Assembly: GCA_016192455.1 (NCBI GenBank)
Contig: JACPUC010000002.1
Span: 115,501-135,500, forward strand
From: Candidatus Tectimicrobiota bacterium
GTDB lineage: Bacteria; JACPUC01
Reading direction: 5' to 3'
DNA length: 20,000 nt
The notes under the pieces were generated by a model, which saw only the letters and a program-made list of their open reading frames with translations, ran no database searches and had not been told where the DNA came from. Every line of letters begins with the position of its first letter. Positions within the stretch are counted from its first letter, which is position 1. Shown in pieces: positions 16,988 through 20,000 of this stretch. A program made the translations under genes and the position numbers.

Positions 16988-17761
16988 TTACTTAAAGATG
17001 TCCGCCAAAAAGAGTTTCATCGCCTCCCAGGAGCGCGTCGCGGCTTGCTCGTGGTAGGCCAGGCCGCGTTCCGGCATGCGCGCCGCGGGATTGCTGAAGG
17101 CGTGCGTGGCGCCGCTGTAGATGTTCAACTGCCAGTCAACGCCGGCGCTGCGCATCTCCTCCTGGAACGCGGCGACGTGCGCCGGGGTCACGCTGCGGTC
17201 CTCGCTGCCGTGCAGGACGAGCACCCGCCCCTTGATGTTCTTGGCGTCCTGCGGGCGCTGCGTGGCCAGCGAGCCGTGGAAGGTCACCACACCCTTCAGG
17301 TCGGCGCCGCTACGCGCCAGCTCGAGGGCGACGCCGCCGCCGAAGCAGTAGCCCACCGCCGCGGTGCGCCGCGGGTCGGTCCGCTCGTGCCGCTTCAGCG
17401 CCTCCAGGGCGGCCTGGGCGCGCGCCCGCATGAGATCCACGTTGCCGCGGATGGCGCCGGCGAGCTGGCCAGCCTCCTGCGGCGTCGCGCCGCTCTTGCC
17501 CTTGCCGTACATGTCGAGCGCGAAAGCGACGTAGCCAAGCTTCGCCAGCTCCTCGGCGCGGTTCTTCGGGTAATCGACCAAGCCCCACCATTCGTGGACC
17601 ACCAAGACGCCCGGTCGTTTGCCCTGGAAGTCCGTATCATAGGCGAGGTAGCCCTGGAGCAGCGTGTCACCCTGCCGGTACTCAACCGCCTCGGTGCGCA
17701 ACGCGGCCTGAGCGCCGATGGACAGCAGCAGCACAAGCAGCGCAGCAGAAGCATAGCGCAT
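16988..17761 (-). CDS. Dienelactone hydrolase family protein (secreted)
   Basis: It has a signal peptide MRYASAALLVLLLSIGAQA, the motif VLVVHEWWG, a nucleophile elbow GYCFGG, HGSED and GATHAF. The RBS is GAGGAGG. Confidence 0.94.
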   Translation of the reverse strand: MRYASAALLVLLLSIGAQAALRTEAVEYRQGDTLLQGYLAYDTDFQGKRPGVLVVHEWWGLVDYPKNRAEELAKLGYVAFALDMYGKGKSGATPQEAGQLAGAIRGNVDLMRARAQAALEALKRHERTDPRRTAAVGYCFGGGVALELARSGADLKGVVTFHGSLATQRPQDAKNIKGRVLVLHGSEDRSVTPAHVAAFQEEMRSAGVDWQLNIYSGATHAFSNPAARMPERGLAYHEQAATRSWEAMKLFLADIFK

Positions 17762-18247
17762 GGGGTTCCTCCTCCACCTCGGGGGCGCGGCAGCGCCCGT
17801 CCTCAAAGCCTCTGTGACCTCTGGGGTTCGCAGTCATTCCGAAGCCGTCTCGGGGACGCGCCTACCACCTTGCCTCGCCTGGCGGCCTTGGCTCGCTGGC
17901 TTCCATTGCGGGAGCCGGGAGAAGCCCGCGACGCCCCGACTCGCGCCGCCGATGTTCGGCGAAATTTACTCTGACGCAACGTGGGAATCAACCGCAATCT
18001 GACGCCGCCGACGATGTTCCAGAAGGGGGCCCGGCCACGGGCGAGGTGCTCGGCGGAGCCGCCCACGCGGAGATGAACGTAGTCGTTGCGGCGACTGCTC
18101 TCCTGGGTGGAGGAAGGCTGCGACCGGCGAGGGAGGAGGTGAGGAAGGAGTTGCGTCGTCGCCCGCTTGGCGCTGTCCTCCTGCTCTGCTCCAGGCGCCG
18201 CCCGGGCTTCGTTTGGACCGGCGAGGCGAGGCTTCCGAGACTTCCCC

Positions 18248-18276
18248 TTGGCAAGCGAGGGGAAAGGTGGTATCGT
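18248..18276 (+). promoter_or_regulatory. Promoter of tRNA-Ala
   Basis: TTGGCA-17 nt-TATCGT with a TGn extension ends 17 bp before the tRNA. Confidence 0.6.
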
Positions 18277-18293
18277 GCATCCTGCCTTCCGGT

Positions 18294-18369
18294 GGGGCTG
18301 TGGCGCAGATGGGAGCGCGCTTGAATGGCATTCAAGAGGTCACGGGTTCGATCCCCGTCAGCTCCACCA
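18294..18369 (+). tRNA. tRNA-Ala (anticodon GGC)
   Basis: It forms a 76-nt cloverleaf with acceptor GGGGCTG/CAGCTCC, anticodon arm CTTGA-ATGGCAT-TCAAG, T arm GGTTCGATCC and an encoded CCA. Confidence 0.97.
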
Positions 18370-18668
18370 AGTAACTTCCATTATCTCAATCACCTACAAG
18401 CTAGACCCCACCTCAGGACGCGGCCATGAGAAGGGTTTGGGGCACATTTGTGCCACCTCTAACCCCTTAGACTGACCGTCGCCCTCTCAAGCCTCTGTAC
18501 ATCGGCGTGCTTGTGGGTTCGCACAGGACAGCGTTTCGTGCTGGTATCTGCATATGGATCAATAACTTAGAGGATTGGTTCGCAGGGCGCCGGCAGAGCT
18601 TGGCATCAGGCCATTAGGAACTTTCTCAGGAAATACATGTGGAAATTGTTTGTATTTTGTTATTAGGG

Positions 18669-18697
18669 TTGACATGCGGCGACGACCCCGCTATACA
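18669..18697 (+). promoter_or_regulatory. sigma70-type promoter with AT-rich upstream element
   Basis: TTGACA-17 nt-TATACA is preceded by AAATTGTTTGTATTTTGTTATT, a UP-element-like tract. Confidence 0.7.
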
Positions 18698-19128
18698 TTG
18701 ACTACTTCAACAACCAGGGTATCCAGCGCCATCCTGACGCGGGAAAGCCCACACCCTTGCAAGAGGGGGTCCGCCAAAGGATCAGACGGTGACAGTACGT
18801 TGAAGCATCGTTGCTAAGGGGGAGAGGCTCGAAGGACGCTGAGGGTTCAGCGTGTTTACCAGGCTTTCGCCCGCAGCCAGTGCCAGCCGCTCCGTGGAGT
18901 GGCTGAGCCTGCTTTACAGCGGAGCTTTGTTGTTCAAGCCATGCCGTGACGGACGTGGTGGAAAGAGGTCAGTTGCTGGCGAAACTGTAAGAGAGAAGAG
19001 GTCTTTTTAGTCTCCAGGGGGCGCGCGGCCACGCTTGCGTTCACCCCCTTCAGAGGGTCCAGGACTCGTCTCATTTTGAACTTCATGCGGCGAATACTAT
19101 CGGTGCTTCCCCGTCAAGGAGATGAGAA

Positions 19129-20000
19129 ATGAAACCGCGCACCACGAAGAGCGTTAACCCCGGAGTAGTAGCGATCTTGCTACTTCTGTTCACCATCGTC
19201 AGCAATGGTTCCCCGGCGAGCGCCTCACTCGTGGCCGACGCTGGTGGACCGTACAGCGTGCTTGAAGGCGGGTCCATCCTGCTGGATGCTTCTGGGAGTA
19301 GCGCCGATCCGGGCGATACCCTGACCCTTGCATGGGACTTGGACAACGACGGCCAGTTTGACGACGCCACGGGCTCCAGCGTCGTTTTTCAAGGCATCGA
19401 TGGCCCGAGCGTCCACCCCGTGGCAGTCCGGGCCTCCACCCAGAAGACCTTGTTCTGGGACGTCGAAAATGAAACCCATCAGATCCAGAAGAGCTTGTTC
19501 TGGGACTTCGAAAACGCAACCTCTGCGGGAAGCATCTCGACGTCCGTCGGGGCGCCGACTGGTGCCGGGATTTCGGGAGTCGCCTCGCAGACCGGCGGCG
19601 GGCCTGCCGAGACTTTTGGAGGGGGGGCCGGTAAAGTCCATCTGACCCGGTTTCTCGGCCCGGTCAACTACCCCTATATCGATGTTACGACGACCTCGGC
19701 GATGAGACTGGAGAGCATCAGCTTCCTGCACATCCACAACCACAACCCTGGGTTCCCGACCCAGTTCGGCTACCAGGTTCAATTACAAATCGATTCCGGC
19801 AGCGGATTCTCGAACATTGGCAGCCCTCTCGCCATAAACGCTGGCAACTCCGGGGATACGAGCACGATTAACCTGGGCTCGACATTGATAGGCGCCGGAA
19901 CCCACCGGATTCGATGGCTGGCCAGCGGCTTCTCCTCCGGGAGCAACTCGAACACCGAATTCTTTGCCATCAACGACCTGAACCTGGTCGCATCGGTTAC
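19129..20000 (+). CDS. Secreted/cell-surface protein with PKD-like Ig-fold domain (partial, runs off window)
   Basis: Translated by hand. A signal peptide MKPRTTKSVNPGVVAILLLLFTIV...ASA is followed by VADAGGPYSVLEGGSILLDASGSSADPGDTLTLAWDLDNDGQFDDATG. The frame stays open to 20000 and the RBS is AAGGAG. Confidence 0.85.
   Translation, partial: MKPRTTKSVNPGVVAILLLLFTIVSNGSPASASLVADAGGPYSVLEGGSILLDASGSSADPGDTLTLAWDLDNDGQFDDATGSSVVFQGIDGPSVHPVAVRASTQKTLFWDVENETHQIQKSLFWDFENATSAGSISTSVGAPTGAGISGVASQTGGGPAETFGGGAGKVHLTRFLGPVNYPYIDVTTTSAMRLESISFLHIHNHNPGFPTQFGYQVQLQIDSGSGFSNIGSPLAINAGNSGDTSTINLGSTLIGAGTHRIRWLASGFSSGSNSNTEFFAINDLNLVASV
19441..19521 (+). repeat. Imperfect 36-bp direct repeat, two copies with 45-bp period, in frame
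   Basis: Copy 1 is CAGAAGACCTTGTTCTGGGACGTCGAAAATGAAACC (19441-19476) and copy 2 is CAGAAGAGCTTGTTCTGGGACTTCGAAAACGCAACC (19486-19521). They differ at 4 positions. Confidence 0.9.

Larger units (their letters stand above)
18370..20000. mobile_element. Probable left edge of a genomic island or island remnant at the tRNA-Ala 3' end
   Basis: The DNA turns more AT-rich immediately after the CCA. It contains the palindrome GGCACA-TT-TGTGCC (18441-18454) and an IHF-like ATCAATAACTTA (18558-18569). No integrase is present in the window. Confidence 0.45.

Noticed and set aside
15400..17974. 487-aa (-) and 338-aa (+) ORFs
   Set aside because: They are antisense shadows of the binding protein and the dienelactone hydrolase.
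19441..19521. CRISPR or DGR interpretation of the 36-bp repeat
   Set aside because: There are only two copies with a 9-bp gap, in frame within a CDS. The mismatches are not confined to adenines, and no cas or reverse transcriptase gene is in the window.

Overview
This is a GC-rich bacterial chromosomal window made mostly of unlinked metabolic and transport genes. From left to right it holds a partial copper P1B-ATPase (YHS plus two HMA domains) with a candidate CsoR-type promoter, a lone hydantoinase B/oxoprolinase subunit, a small hypothetical protein that is probably leaderless, and an unannotated ferritin-like di-iron protein. It continues with a CsgG/GNA1162-like exported protein, an FkbM methyltransferase, a double zinc-ribbon protein, a phytoene-dehydrogenase-like FAD oxidoreductase, a class I SAM methyltransferase, a lone short-chain chromate transporter and an MFS permease. 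The last part has a LivG-type ATPase with an Ala/Ser insert, a LivK-type binding protein, a dienelactone hydrolase and tRNA-Ala(GGC). Directly after the tRNA the DNA becomes more AT-rich and looks like the edge of an integrated island. It carries a strong sigma70-type promoter, a long structured leader and a secreted PKD-domain protein that the ORF track missed. The best leads are a roughly 215-nt folded intergenic RNA candidate (16664-16876), the di-iron protein, and the tRNA-anchored island with its leader. No CRISPR array, integrase or transposase is visible.
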